Source: Amphiscolops sp. MND2022
Lineage: Eukaryota
Assembly (NCBI GenBank): GCA_964187785.1
Contig: OZ076413.1
Location: 41,790,001-41,854,000, forward strand
DNA length: 64,000 nt
Direction of reading: 5' to 3'
The stretch's first letter is position 1. Every line of letters begins with the position of its first letter. Of this stretch, positions 63,524 through 64,000 are shown piece after piece. The notes under the pieces were generated by a model, which saw nothing but the letters and a program-made list of their open reading frames with translations, was not told the origin of the DNA and ran no database searches. A program made the translations under genes and the position numbers.

Positions 63524-63976
63524 TTACAAATTGAAATGTTGCACAGCCCATTCTCCAAACGCTTTTGCTTTCCGCTCAGCACAGTGTAGAATTGTCTTGT
63601 GTCTGTAGGGATAGCTAGTGCACAGCCAGTCAGTGTTTAAATGTTGAATCTTGGGGCAACCATAGTCATCCAAGTTTTCCACTTCCTTACCCAGTAATGT
63701 GCTCAAAACTTTACACTTTTCCAATCCTTTTGCAAAGTACTCGGCTCTGTATTGTCGCAATTCAGCCAACATGGTGTTGATACGGCTATAGTCCAGTGAG
63801 CCACTTTTCCAATCAATTTTGTGCAAGTTTTGGGTACACCAGAGTGTTTGATGTGTTGGTTGATAATTTTTGGGCGGTTTAAAGGAATATCCAAACACTT
63901 GTCCGTCAATATAAACACCCAATTCCTTGACTACATTCTTTTCCGCAAGTTCAATATCCAACACTATAAGCGACAT
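63524..63976 (-). CDS. DEDD-like nuclease-fold protein (Polinton accessory)
   Basis: IVLDIE motif I, VKELG, FAKG.EK, LDDYGCP, HCA. Confidence 0.65.
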   Translation of the reverse strand: MSLIVLDIELAEKNVVKELGVYIDGQVFGYSFKPPKNYQPTHQTLWCTQNLHKIDWKSGSLDYSRINTMLAELRQYRAEYFAKGLEKCKVLSTLLGKEVENLDDYGCPKIQHLNTDWLCTSYPYRHKTILHCAERKAKAFGEWAVQHFNL

Positions 63977-64000
63977 GACTAAAAGGCTACCAAATTGAAA

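Larger units (their letters stand above)
57332..64000 (-). mobile_element. Polinton/Maverick, one terminus; continues beyond the window
   Basis: Terminal AGTAGT at 57332, non-coding region with ~20-bp repeats, then ten tightly packed co-oriented ORFs including integrase, ATPase, capsids and protease. Confidence 0.95.

Overview
AT-rich, intron-containing eukaryotic DNA, most likely animal, dense with transposon-derived sequence. Host genes: four minus-strand exons of an axonemal dynein heavy chain (DNAH5/DNAH8-like, 2983-14573), three plus-strand PLAC8/cornifelin-like genes and a MATH/TRAF-like ORF. The standout is an ~8.6 kb element (about 4796-13436) inside a ~10 kb dynein intron, flanked on both sides by (ATT)n and carrying inverted arrays of an AATATT-N4-CAAGTTGCAC motif at its ends. 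Removing one in-frame GT-AG intron gives a single ~1250-aa protein joining a SUV4-20-type (H4K20) SET methyltransferase, a zinc finger and a tyrosine recombinase with all catalytic residues (Crypton-like). On the opposite strand the element carries a decayed zinc-finger/JmjC (KDM2/KDM7-like) gene, so it appears to combine a chromatin writer and a probable eraser. From 57332 to the window edge is one end of an apparently intact Polinton/Maverick (protease, major and minor capsid, integrase, packaging ATPase). Also present: an internally deleted CGGBP1-like hAT element, Merlin-like MITEs with 8-bp TSDs, about ten Helentron/DINE-1-like elements and two perfect palindromes. All homology calls are by-eye motif recognition; no searches were run.
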